Assembly (NCBI GenBank): GCA_028289525.1
Contig: JANQPJ010000187.1
Coordinates: forward strand, 2,928-66,927
DNA: 64,000 nucleotides
Reading direction: 5' to 3'
Source: Pirellulales bacterium
GTDB taxonomy: Bacteria > Planctomycetota > Planctomycetia > Pirellulales > JAGQOS01
Part shown: positions 35,844 through 44,764 of the stretch, one piece after another
How the letters are laid out: each line of letters begins with the position of its first letter
Numbering within the stretch: position 1 is the first letter of the stretch
Made by a program: the position numbers and the translations under genes
Notes under the pieces: model-generated
Database searches by the model: none
The model's input: the letters and a program-made list of their open reading frames with translations, nothing else
What the model was told of the DNA's origin: nothing

Positions 35844-35960
35844 CTAGTAGACGATGCCATTTGTTTTTTGTGGGGCCCCGGCGACGCGACGCGTCGCGTC
35901 GCGGCTAGGGGGGCAAACAGAAGCTTGCAACCCTCAAATTCGAATGTCATCGTCCACTAG
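35844..35960 (-). repeat. Repeat family A full-length copy A6 (117 bp, reverse)
   Basis: CTAGTAGACGATGCCAT...CCCCGGCGACGCGACGCGTCGCGTCGCGGCTAGGGGGGCAAACAGAAGCTTGCAAC...ATGTCATCGTCCACTAG. The terminal inverted repeats are intact. Confidence 0.9.
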
Positions 35961-36082
35961 AGCGTATTTCAAAACGATGTTACCCATGCAAATACAAGCC
36001 CGCAGCGCTAGCAAGGGTCGAGAGATACGCAAGTTCACTCGCTTGCGCGTCGTGCTTGTATTGGTTTTGAAATACGCTCTAG
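35957..36082. repeat. Repeat family D hairpin D3 (imperfect) nested in an outer 19-bp inverted repeat
   Basis: Outer arms are CTAGAGCGTATTTCAAAAC (35957-35975) and GTTTTGAAATACGCTCTAG (36064-36082). The inner element is AATACAAGCCCGCAGCGCTAGCAAGGG...TTCACTCGCTTGCGCGTCGTGCTTGTATT. Confidence 0.8.
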
Positions 36083-36148
36083 AAAAGTAGCGTCGCCAGC
36101 GTCTGGTGCACGCAAGCAGACGATTCCCTGCGGCCAGGAAAAAGCGAT

Positions 36149-37225
36149 TTGTTTACCGCCTTCTTGTTTCTGGTCGGGCTTGTGCTGCTGGTCTGGGGAG
36201 CCGATGTATTGGTTCGCGGCGCCTCGGAGCTGGCCATCTGGGCAGGTATTTCGCCATTAGTCGTTGGGCTCACGGTTGTGGCCTATGGCACCAGTGCCCC
36301 GGAGCTGGCGGTCACAGTCAATTCGAGCTTTACTGGCAATCCCGACATCGCCATCGGCAACGTGGTGGGCAGCAACATTGCGAACTTGTTGCTGGTCCTA
36401 GGATTGGTCGCTTTGATTAGTCCTCTGCCGGTGAGCCGAGTCTTGGTATGGCGTGGTTTGCCGGTGATGATCGGCGTTTCGCTGCTCGTGCTACTGTTTG
36501 GCCTGGATGGAGTCGTGAGTCGCGGAGAAGGGACGCTGCTGTTCGCTGGCTCGCTACTGTATACCTATGTAACGGTCCGACAGAGCCGCCTGCGCACCCA
36601 GGCTCGACGGGCAGAGTCCCTAGAACCCCCTCCCCCAGTCGATGCGCCCCTGAAACAGATTGCGCTCCGGTTGCTGCAAATCGTGGTCGGCCTGGCCATG
36701 CTGGTGCTGGGCTCGCATTGGTTGGTCGCCGGCGCGGTAACGTTGGCCGAGATGTTGGGCGTCAGCCAACTGGTCATCGGTCTGACTGTGGTGGCCGTGG
36801 GCACCTCGCTGCCTGAGGTGGCCACCTCGCTCGTGGCTGGAGTGCGGGATGAACGCGATTTGGCGGTGGGGAATGCCGTTGGTAGCAACATTTTTAATGT
36901 GCTGATGGTTCTTGGCCTGTGTGCCGTGGTGGCCCCTGGCGGGGTGCCGGTTGCTGCTCAAGCGATTCAGGTCGACATTCCAATCATGTTAGTTGTGGCG
37001 GTGATTTGCTTGCCGTTGTTTGCCACCGGCTACCAGGTCACGCAACTCGAAGGCGCGCTGATGCTCGGCTACTACGGCGCCTACAACGGGTTCATCTACC
37101 TGACATCCACCAACCATCCTTGGCTACCATCATTCCAATGGCAAATGGCATACCTGGTGATCCCGGCAACCGCACTCTTGCTGGTTGTTCGCTGGGTACG
37201 CGCATGGAAAAAACAGCCTGTCTGA
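36149..37225 (+). CDS. Ca2+/cation antiporter (CaCA / YrbG-type)
   Basis: 358 aa, polytopic. Two alpha-repeats: GTSAPELAV...GNVVGSNIANLLL and GTSLPEVAT...GNAVGSNIFNVLMVLG. Confidence 0.9.
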   Translation: MFTAFLFLVGLVLLVWGADVLVRGASELAIWAGISPLVVGLTVVAYGTSAPELAVTVNSSFTGNPDIAIGNVVGSNIANLLLVLGLVALISPLPVSRVLVWRGLPVMIGVSLLVLLFGLDGVVSRGEGTLLFAGSLLYTYVTVRQSRLRTQARRAESLEPPPPVDAPLKQIALRLLQIVVGLAMLVLGSHWLVAGAVTLAEMLGVSQLVIGLTVVAVGTSLPEVATSLVAGVRDERDLAVGNAVGSNIFNVLMVLGLCAVVAPGGVPVAAQAIQVDIPIMLVVAVICLPLFATGYQVTQLEGALMLGYYGAYNGFIYLTSTNHPWLPSFQWQMAYLVIPATALLLVVRWVRAWKKQPV

Positions 37226-37276
37226 GCAATGCTGGTCCAAAAGTTGATGCTGAGGATTTCGAGCGACCGTTGCCTG

Positions 37277-38467
37277 CTAACCGATCTCAGAAATCGCTAC
37301 TGGCGTCCGTTGCGTGCTCGATTCGATCGCAGCTTGTAGCACTTGTTGCACTTTGTAGGCATCAGCAAAGTCAGGCAACGGGGCCAATGGCGTTTGGCCG
37401 CCAAGCGAGGCCAGCATGTCGGCTGTTTGGTTGACGAAGCCGTGCTCATAACCCAACACATGCCCCGGTGGCCACCAGGCATCGACGTACGGATGGTCAG
37501 CGGCCCCGTCGGTCACGCCAATGGTCGTCCAGCCTTGAAGCTTCTTCGGAAGGGTGGCGTCGTACCAGTCGAGTTCGTTCATCCGCTCAAAGTTGAATCG
37601 CAAGGCCCCATGTTCGCCATGAATTTCGATGCGATTGGCGTTCTTGTAGCCTGTTGCCAAGCGAGTTGCTTCAAACGTTGCCAGGGCTCCGCTTTCCATG
37701 CGGGCGACAAACAGCACCAAATCGTCGACCGTGCTGGCGCCAGTCTTTTGGCTCGTTGCCGCGCCGGTGCCGGAAATTTCTCCGCCGCTCTCTTCGATGA
37801 TCGCACGTTCCTTGATCACGGTTTCTAGCGTAGCACCGACCACTTCGGCCACTTCGTCGCCGGTAATAAAACGGGCTACATCAATCGAGTGGGCACACAA
37901 ATCGCCCAGAGCCCCCGAACCGGCTACATCGCCCTGGAACCGCCACAACAGCGGCGTGTCGGGACCGCCCCAGTCTTGCAAATAGCAGCCCCGAATCTGA
38001 TAAATTTGTCCCAGCCGGCCTTCCTGGCACATCTGATGGGCCAACGCCACGGCCGGACAGCGTCGGTAGTTGTACCAAACAAAAGTTTGGCCTTTGGCCT
38101 TGGCCGCCGCTTCGACCATTTGTCGAGCATCGTCGATTGAACCGGCCAGCGGCTTTTCGCAGGCGACATGCTTGCCTGCTTCCAGGGCTGCGATGGCGTG
38201 TTCCGCATGAATGTTGTTCGGCGTCACCAGGTCGACCAGATCGATCTCCGCTCCGGTTGCTGCTTCGCGCCAATCGGTGGTCGTGTTCTGCCAGCCCCAA
38301 CGCCGGGCAAATGCCGAAAGCTCGTCCGCATTGCGAGCAGAGACCGTATGCATGACTGGCTGGAGTGGCAGATCAAAAAACTGGGCGACGTTGTGATAGG
38401 CATTCGAATGGGCTCGACCCATGAATTTTGAGCCGATCATCGCTACGTTGCAGACGGATCCAGACAT
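37277..38467 (-). CDS. Gfo/Idh/MocA family oxidoreductase
   Basis: 396 aa. N-terminal Rossmann VAMIGSKFMGRAHSNAY. ACEKPLA motif. Confidence 0.9.
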   Translation of the reverse strand: MSGSVCNVAMIGSKFMGRAHSNAYHNVAQFFDLPLQPVMHTVSARNADELSAFARRWGWQNTTTDWREAATGAEIDLVDLVTPNNIHAEHAIAALEAGKHVACEKPLAGSIDDARQMVEAAAKAKGQTFVWYNYRRCPAVALAHQMCQEGRLGQIYQIRGCYLQDWGGPDTPLLWRFQGDVAGSGALGDLCAHSIDVARFITGDEVAEVVGATLETVIKERAIIEESGGEISGTGAATSQKTGASTVDDLVLFVARMESGALATFEATRLATGYKNANRIEIHGEHGALRFNFERMNELDWYDATLPKKLQGWTTIGVTDGAADHPYVDAWWPPGHVLGYEHGFVNQTADMLASLGGQTPLAPLPDFADAYKVQQVLQAAIESSTQRTPVAISEIG

Positions 38468-38635
38468 CGAATTGGGCTCCTTGGGCCGATCGCCGGAATG
38501 GGCGACCGGGGGAATATTGGTGAAGATGGCTGCGATTGAACGTGTGTAAGCCAGAATTTTAGCGGCCGAACTACCTGCCAGGCAACCCTTGGCTAGGTTC
38601 GGCAGGGTGAATCATTATTTTCAAAATGGGCAGAC

Positions 38636-38720
38636 TTAAGGGTCTACTAAGCGCGACGCGTAAGCGAGGCATTTCTGGCTGTTTCCCCTCGCTTACGCGT
38701 CGCGCTTAGTAGGCCCTTAA
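38636..38720. repeat. Family D-related hairpin D5 (34-bp stem, 1 mismatch)
   Basis: TTAAGGGTCTACTAAGCGCGACGCGTAAGCGAGG (38636-38669) pairs with CCTCGCTTACGCGTCGCGCTTAGTAGGCCCTTAA (38687-38720). Confidence 0.85.
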
Positions 38721-39106
38721 AAACTTCCTAGATTGAAAAAATGAAAGGCCCTGTAGATTCGGCCAGGCTGCTTTTCATGGTCCTAATCGGGGTCATAGGC
38801 GACGATCCGTGGCAAACTTTGACGATTGCGGGGAGTTTGCCTGCAAGGCAGAGTTTTTTGATTTTGCCGCTTAAACCGGCTGTTTCTAATACGCGGAAGA
38901 CTCCACATGTGCGTGTCGATGAATGCAGTGGAGACAGGACAGCAACAAGCTGGCCGGGGCAGTAAGTTGAAACACACGCGTTGTTAATCCGTCGTGTTGA
39001 AGCGTGGCCACAGGGGTGTGGTCAAACGGGCAAACGAATCAATTCCGTGTGACAGCTGGTGTTGTCGCGCGTGGCACAATTCTCGCGTTACCTTGCAAAG
39101 GAGTGC

Positions 39107-40333
39107 ATGATGGTACGGTCAAGGCTTTCACTACACTGGGCACTGGCCCTCGGCTTGACGTTGTCGGTGCCGTGTGGGCAGTTGGCCGCCCAGGAGGCCC
39201 CGGAAGGATTGGGCAACGAGCCAGTCGATTTGAGCCCGCTGTTGGCGGCTCCCATCGAAGAGGCCGACGAGTATGAAGCACCCGAGTCCGAGGAACAGGA
39301 CTACAGCTACGACAATCACACCAAGGCAAGTGACGAGCTGGCCAACGGCGAAGCAGAGGCTGAGGTGGAAGTCATCCGCGAACGTTTTCCCAATCGTCGA
39401 GTTAAGATCGAACGAGAAGTGACTCAAGACGAATATGGAAACTACGTCAATCACGGTTCTTGGAAACAGTTTGACGAGGCTGGCACGCTAATCGCCCAAG
39501 GGCAGTACCAGCAAGGCGAACGCGATGGCGTCTGGCACCGTTGGCACCAGCGGCGACAGTCGCGGCTCTTTTCCCAAGCTCCGTACAATGGGTTCAAGGG
39601 GCCGTTCATTTCTCAAGCCAAATTCGCTGACGGCAAGCTCAACGGCAACTGGACGATCTTCGACGGCAAACAAGATAAGATCAGCCAGTGGGCGTTTGTC
39701 GACGGACAGCGCCATGGGCAGAGCACTTGGTGGTATGCCAACGGACGCAAGCTTCGAGAAGTGACCTATCGCGACGGCTTGATTGATGGGCAGGCAAAGC
39801 AATGGTCGCCCGACGGCACCATTGTCTCTGACGACAAATACATCAAGGGCCGTAAGCTGGCTCAAAAGGTGACCTACCACTCTTCGTCGCAAAAGAAGAC
39901 CGAGGGAACCTATCTGTTCGCCACGATCGTGATCAAAACGCCGGACGATTGGTGGAATGCCAAGACGGCTACCTTTGGTCGTCAAGGCGAAGACGCCAAG
40001 CATGGTCTGTGGCAGTCCTGGTATCGCAATGGCCAAGAGCATGTGCGCGGCAAATACCGTCACGACACCGAGGTGGGCAAGTTTACCTGGTGGTATGCGA
40101 ACGGCCAGAAGGCGCTGGAAGGCAGCTATGTCGACGGTAAGCCGGACGGCCGCTGGATTTGGTGGCACGAGAACGGCCAAAAGGCCACCCAAGGCGCTTA
40201 CCGGGCTGGGCAGCTGACTGGTCGCTGGCTAGGGTGGACCGCTGATGGAAAGCTGGCCCGTCAGGAAGACCATACCAATGGCAACAATCAGGCGGCCGTC
40301 GCCGCCCCTCAGCTCGAAAACCTGAAACGTTAG
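39107..40333 (+). CDS. Secreted MORN-variant repeat protein (YwqK-like repeats)
   Basis: Signal peptide MMVRSRLSLHWALALGLTLSVPCGQLAAQ. Multiple repeats of the form G.Y..G.RDG.W..W..NG. RBS AAGGAG upstream. Confidence 0.85.
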   Translation: MMVRSRLSLHWALALGLTLSVPCGQLAAQEAPEGLGNEPVDLSPLLAAPIEEADEYEAPESEEQDYSYDNHTKASDELANGEAEAEVEVIRERFPNRRVKIEREVTQDEYGNYVNHGSWKQFDEAGTLIAQGQYQQGERDGVWHRWHQRRQSRLFSQAPYNGFKGPFISQAKFADGKLNGNWTIFDGKQDKISQWAFVDGQRHGQSTWWYANGRKLREVTYRDGLIDGQAKQWSPDGTIVSDDKYIKGRKLAQKVTYHSSSQKKTEGTYLFATIVIKTPDDWWNAKTATFGRQGEDAKHGLWQSWYRNGQEHVRGKYRHDTEVGKFTWWYANGQKALEGSYVDGKPDGRWIWWHENGQKATQGAYRAGQLTGRWLGWTADGKLARQEDHTNGNNQAAVAAPQLENLKR

Positions 40334-40373
40334 TCTAGCCGTCGAGAGCTGCTGAAAACCGTGTTCAACATCA

Positions 40374-40412
40374 ACAGCCGTTCAGAGTCGAGTGCTCTGA
40401 GCGGCTGTTTTT
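40374..40412 (+). terminator. Rho-independent terminator of the MORN-repeat gene
   Basis: ACAGCCGTTCAGAG-TCGAGTG-CTCTGAGCGGCTGT forms a 14-bp stem with 1 mismatch, followed by TTTTTCT. Confidence 0.75.
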
Positions 40413-41130
40413 CTACCAGGAACGTCTATGGCAGGAGGACTGCAAAGTCGTTTTTGGAAAAAGCAGCGGTCGCCGACCACTGCTTTTGTGGAATCGATGA
40501 CTTTTGTTGCGAAACAGAGTAATCCAAGCACGACGCTTGCGTCGTGCGGCGTGGAAGCCGCGTGCATGTGCTTCGCCTGCTATACTTAGGCAGCAACCCA
40601 CCAGATCTTCTTGCCAGTAGCCTTTGGACTCTCGGCTCTTGGCCTTCTCGCGATGGTCGCGAATCTGAATGCGTCCACTGTCCATTTGCACGCATGCGAC
40701 TCGCGGAACCTGAGCAGTCGGACTCTTTCGTCGTTTAGGAAGCGGCAGCCCGTCGTATGCTTCGGCCGCTCGCTCAACCAACTTCGCTAATTCGTTCTTC
40801 ACCAACCCGCTTCGTCCACCGCTGAACCTGCTCTCGCGGGACCTTGATTTCCGCCAAGGCTGCCAGGTCTTTGGTCGCCGGAACAAAGGCCGCTTGCGAA
40901 CCGGCGTAGGCAACCTTTCTTAGGACGGCTGGTGTGAACGGACAACCAATTTCAACACCGATCGCCTTAATCATTGGCAAAAAATCCTTGCGGCAGCAAA
41001 GGCAGTAGTACTTCGGTTCGGTGATCGTTGTTGGACCTCGCCGCGTGACGAGCAGTCGTTCAAGCTGGCCTTGATAGCGTCCCAGCTTGCCGCACTGTGG
41101 GCAGATCGATTCGTCTTCTTCGGGGGGCCG
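40413..41130 (-). pseudogene. ISKra4-like transposase remnant (frameshifted, N-terminal part only)
   Basis: The minus strand reads EEDESICPQCGKLGRYQGQLERLLVTRRGPTTITEPKYYCLCCRKDFLPMIKAIGVEIG...EQVQRWTKRVGEERISEVG*. It continues in another frame as ...ERAAEAYDGLPLPKRRKSPTAQVPRVACVQMDSGRIQIRDHREK...YWQEDLVGCCLS. An in-frame stop lies just upstream of the zinc-ribbon part, and there is no catalytic C-terminal half. The family assignment is from memory. Confidence 0.6.
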
Positions 41131-41287
41131 CGTGGCTGCCTTCTACCTCACCACTTCGGCGGCGATCATGTCGCTGATTTCGGCTGCCCTGGCTAGGTGA
41201 ACTCTCCCCTTTGCTGGCCAGGCGCGTTTTGTTAGAATAAGTAGATTCAGGTTGGTAGGGTTTAGGTCAAGCTTGAGCGTTTATTTG

Positions 41288-41363
<76 letters not shown>

Positions 41364-41376
41364 TCTTTTCTTGATT

Positions 41377-41411
41377 CTCGTACTACAAAACTCTGATTGC
41401 TCGTACTACAA
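41377..41411 (+). promoter_or_regulatory. Two direct 12-bp repeats CTCGTACTACAA between the tRNA and the integrase (candidate arm-type sites)
   Basis: CTCGTACTACAA at 41377-41388 and 41400-41411, with 23-bp periodicity. Confidence 0.45.
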
Positions 41412-41440
41412 TTCGTCGGTCGTGAGTCGACTCTCGAAGG

Positions 41441-42727
41441 GTGGTAGGCATGGCAATCAAACGTCGTAAGAAGCGTGTTCCGCAGCTAAAGTACACGAAG
41501 AATCAGAAGATTGGCTGGCACGTCTCCTATCGTGACCCAGTCAGCGGAATGCCCCGTCGCCACCGCTTTGGCCTCGTTAGTCGGGAGAAGGCTGAAGCTG
41601 CCTACCACGAATGGATGGCATCCCATCTTCGTGGCGAAACCGTGATTCTCAAGAAGAGTTCCAGCCGTCGAAAACTTGACGAACAACTCACTGCTCCCTC
41701 CCCCACGACGAAGGGCGTAAGAGCTGAAATTATCCCGGGGAGCCTAATTCACATCACCACGGGATTCATCAACTTTGAGGAGTCTCGGGTAGGTGAGGAA
41801 GGCGGACCTCGCCGCCAGGGCACCATCACTAGAAAGACGTGCGATTACCGTACGAGCTTTGCTAGGGAATTTCTGAAATTCCTTAACTCGCTCCACGGCC
41901 AAGGAGCGGTTGGCCGCATGCGGCTAGCTGACCTCACGATGCACGACGTTGAGTCCTACAACAGACTGCTCGTTGAAGCTGACTACTCGGCATCGCAAGT
42001 CAAGAAACGGCTCCAGGTCGTAAAAGCGATTATCGACCGTGCCGGTCGACCTGAGCATGATGAACAACTACTCCCGTGGAATTGGGACTCGCGTGATGTC
42101 AAGCATGGGAAAGCCACTAAACCAAGGCAACTTCCGACCCTCCGGCAGTTGAAGCTCGTGCTCAGTGAATGCAATACACAATACTCCGCCATGGTTTGGA
42201 TGGCTATTGGTTGTGGATTTGGGCCACGAGACCTTGCTGCCGTTCGAGTTGGCCAGTTCGATGAAACGGGCTATGACCTACGTCGTGGCAAGACGGGAAT
42301 GGAACGTTACGGCGAGACACCGCCCATGGTTTGGAAGACTATCGCCAAACACCTTTCCGTGGACAACCGACAAAACGGCCAACTGATGTTCATTACGCAA
42401 CGCGGATTTCCACTTGTACATGGAAAGAGCAATTCCATTCAACTCTGGTGGGCCAGAGTTCGTAGGAAGCTTGGCAAAGAAGGTAAGGGGATTGGCGGAT
42501 TCTATACGCTTCGCCATCTTGGAGCGACAGAATTTGGTACACGCCGAGGAACTGCCAGTGGTCAAGAGGGTACGTCACTCGGTGATATGAAACGCTGGCT
42601 TGGTCATTCAGCAAGCTCCGCCGTTGCTGATGTTTATTTGCGAGACGTAAAACCTGAGCAAAGGGAACTCATCGAATGGGTTCGGGAGTCTTTGCAAACG
42701 GGCAAGGCGGATTTGAAAGAGGACTGA
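41441..42727 (+). CDS. Tyrosine recombinase / phage-type integrase
   Basis: 428 aa (GTG 41441; an alternative ATG is at 41450). Catalytic-domain signatures GFYTLRHLGATEF and WLGHSASSAVADVYLRD (H...Y). Confidence 0.9.
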   Translation: MVGMAIKRRKKRVPQLKYTKNQKIGWHVSYRDPVSGMPRRHRFGLVSREKAEAAYHEWMASHLRGETVILKKSSSRRKLDEQLTAPSPTTKGVRAEIIPGSLIHITTGFINFEESRVGEEGGPRRQGTITRKTCDYRTSFAREFLKFLNSLHGQGAVGRMRLADLTMHDVESYNRLLVEADYSASQVKKRLQVVKAIIDRAGRPEHDEQLLPWNWDSRDVKHGKATKPRQLPTLRQLKLVLSECNTQYSAMVWMAIGCGFGPRDLAAVRVGQFDETGYDLRRGKTGMERYGETPPMVWKTIAKHLSVDNRQNGQLMFITQRGFPLVHGKSNSIQLWWARVRRKLGKEGKGIGGFYTLRHLGATEFGTRRGTASGQEGTSLGDMKRWLGHSASSAVADVYLRDVKPEQRELIEWVRESLQTGKADLKED

Positions 42728-42741
42728 TGAATGTCGCTCGC

Positions 42742-43098
42742 CTATTTGTAGTTCGCGTTGCGAAGACTAATTAGCTCCAAGCTTTTTGCGGACAGGCTTC
42801 TCACGGTGAATACGAGCACCTTCTCGTCCTGAATGGAAAACAGTGCCCTGTGAGAAGGAATTCCCCCAAGTCCAAAGTTGAGTTGGCGAAGCGTAATAGG
42901 GAAATCAGCATCCTCGTGAGCAACGGAATGGCTTTCAGGAGTAGCAGAAAGCGATTCGAGCGCCCTTTGTGTGTTGTCAAGCCAACGGGTGGCGTGTGCA
43001 GATGTTTTGTTTCGAGTCCAGGCAAGAGCAATTTCTAGGGCGTGGAGTTCTACGATTCGATGTCTGGCAAGTGGGAGTAAAAGGACTTCGTACTTCAC
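42742..43098 (-). CDS. RelE/ParE-family toxin
   Basis: 118 aa. The overall pattern, including HRALFSIQDEKVLVFTVRS, is typical of the plasmid-stabilisation ParE/RelE fold. It lies 4 nt downstream of a small antitoxin-sized gene. Confidence 0.65.
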   Translation of the reverse strand: MKYEVLLLPLARHRIVELHALEIALAWTRNKTSAHATRWLDNTQRALESLSATPESHSVAHEDADFPITLRQLNFGLGGIPSHRALFSIQDEKVLVFTVRSLSAKSLELISLRNANYK

Positions 43099-43102
43099 TT
43101 CC

Positions 43103-43327
43103 CTACTCCACCTGTTTTCGGATTTCTAAGAAAGCATCTGGAATGTTGCTGCCTTTATTGGCGTGATGGTCGCGAATCCCTGCTTGGACATCCGCTACAG
43201 CGGCCTCGTGGTCGTGCTTCATCTCCCACTTCGCAAGCAACTTACCTAGCGAATCAACCGGCCCTTTTTCTAGCTGCTGAATGGCGAATCGGCTGAAGTC
43301 CTCAATGTCTTGCTTTTTAACAATCAT
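43103..43327 (-). CDS. Putative antitoxin (74 aa)
   Basis: Start chosen at Met 43327 (MIVKKQDIEDFSRFAIQQLE...). Genetic position is immediately upstream of the toxin. Confidence 0.55.
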   Translation of the reverse strand: MIVKKQDIEDFSRFAIQQLEKGPVDSLGKLLAKWEMKHDHEAAVADVQAGIRDHHANKGSNIPDAFLEIRKQVE

Positions 43328-43422
43328 GGTTTGCCTGACATTAGCACAGCTAACTTGAAGCAGCAAATTGGAATCATTTCGTGGCGTTGAAATCGACCGC
43401 AACGATATGGGGTGCAGTTTGT

Positions 43423-44301
43423 TCACGCTGTCTGAGGAATGGTTTCAGACAGGATTAGCTCGCATTTCTTGCGAAGTCTGGCGAACAGTTCGTCTTTTGT
43501 CTCCCGTTTTTCAAAATGAAAATCCTTCTTCTCTTTCTTTGATGTTTTAGGATTCTTCTTTATTAGCCCCGCTGTTTTTGCATGGGGGGTGTTGCTCTTT
43601 TCTCGGTACGGCGTTGCTGTTTTCTTAGCTACAGATACGACTTCCTTCACGACTTTTCCGACGCATTCACCCATTGTCCTGAACAGAGAAATGAGCCATC
43701 CATCGACGAAACAAAGGCCGTAGGCATTTACGTTCTTCTGATGCACTTCAACTACGTGCAAGAGCCCCTTCTCACGAAGTGATGCAACAGCGTCCCCTAC
43801 TCTGGCCTTTTCAATACCGGCAAGTTCCTGAAGCTCGCCGTACTTGAATCTGCCGTAACGCTCTTCCCTGTTCAGTCGATACATGGACTTCTCTTGGGTA
43901 ATGCGGCGACTTGAATAGTAGAGCAGCACGATGCACTCGCTGGGCGATAATCTACCCTGTGCAATGGCTCTTAGAAGCTTGCGAGCAACGGGTCGTTTAC
44001 GTCGCACAGTCCGTTTCATAGCGGAGTTGGTAATCTCTCCGACTTTCTGCACCGCCTTTTCGATTTGGGCCTGAGAGAGTCTCCTGCAGCCGTTCTCAGT
44101 GGCTTTGCAGTTTACGATTCTGTATAAATCGACCTTCGATTCTGTTCGTAGGGCAGTCTTTTCCGTCATAGCGGCAAACACTCTCGCTAAGACTTTGAAG
44201 CCCGCCTTTTGGTTGCGATACTGAGAGATAATCTCTAGCAGGACGGCCTCGTGGATAGGCACGTAGCCGCCTTGATATTCTGGATTGGATTTTTTACGCA
44301 T
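43423..44301 (-). CDS. Winged-helix-like DNA-binding protein, unknown function
   Basis: 292 aa from Met 44301. YGELQELAGIEKARVGDAVASLREKGLL looks like a wHTH. Lys-rich C-terminus. Overlaps the antitoxin ORF by 4 nt in the tracked frame. Confidence 0.6.
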   Translation of the reverse strand: MRKKSNPEYQGGYVPIHEAVLLEIISQYRNQKAGFKVLARVFAAMTEKTALRTESKVDLYRIVNCKATENGCRRLSQAQIEKAVQKVGEITNSAMKRTVRRKRPVARKLLRAIAQGRLSPSECIVLLYYSSRRITQEKSMYRLNREERYGRFKYGELQELAGIEKARVGDAVASLREKGLLHVVEVHQKNVNAYGLCFVDGWLISLFRTMGECVGKVVKEVVSVAKKTATPYREKSNTPHAKTAGLIKKNPKTSKKEKKDFHFEKRETKDELFARLRKKCELILSETIPQTA

Positions 44302-44445
44302 CTGTTCTGTTCCCTTCAAAATGAGGGAGACTTCGCAGGCAACACAAATCCCATACCGTCTGTGCGATTTGTCTTGACGAATTGCCAATAGCTGGGTTAG
44401 CGTGGGTTTGTTCTTGCTGTTCTAACTCAGTTCGGCTTTCCAATT

Positions 44446-44475
44446 CTCCTAAGAGTCTGGCGGGACTCTTAGGAG
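44446..44475. promoter_or_regulatory. Perfect 12-bp-arm palindrome CTCCTAAGAGTC-TGGCGG-GACTCTTAGGAG
   Basis: It lies 145 nt upstream of the 44301 start of the wHTH-antitoxin-toxin operon. Operator-like. Confidence 0.5.
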
Positions 44476-44764
44476 GAATGTTTGACTGCAAATCTCCTCT
44501 ACTCCATAAACACTCCTTTCATTTCGGCTACGCATTGTGCATTCTTCGCATTCTTCTTCGTAGCCGTGTAATGGTGATGGCGATTAGCTCCACTACTCCC
44601 GTTTGACAAGCAGCACAGTCGTAGCTGAGTGTTTCACTTCACCGTCCTATCTAGTTGACAACACTAGCTATGTTTCTGGAACGTAGAAGTGTTGCGACAG
44701 GACACACCAAGAATGCTACATTTTTATTTCGTTTGGCAATACAAAATGTCAGCTTTTTCTAATT

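Noticed and set aside
39488-40192. 234-aa minus-strand ORF
   Set aside because: It is antisense to the MORN-repeat gene, whose repeat structure identifies the true frame.
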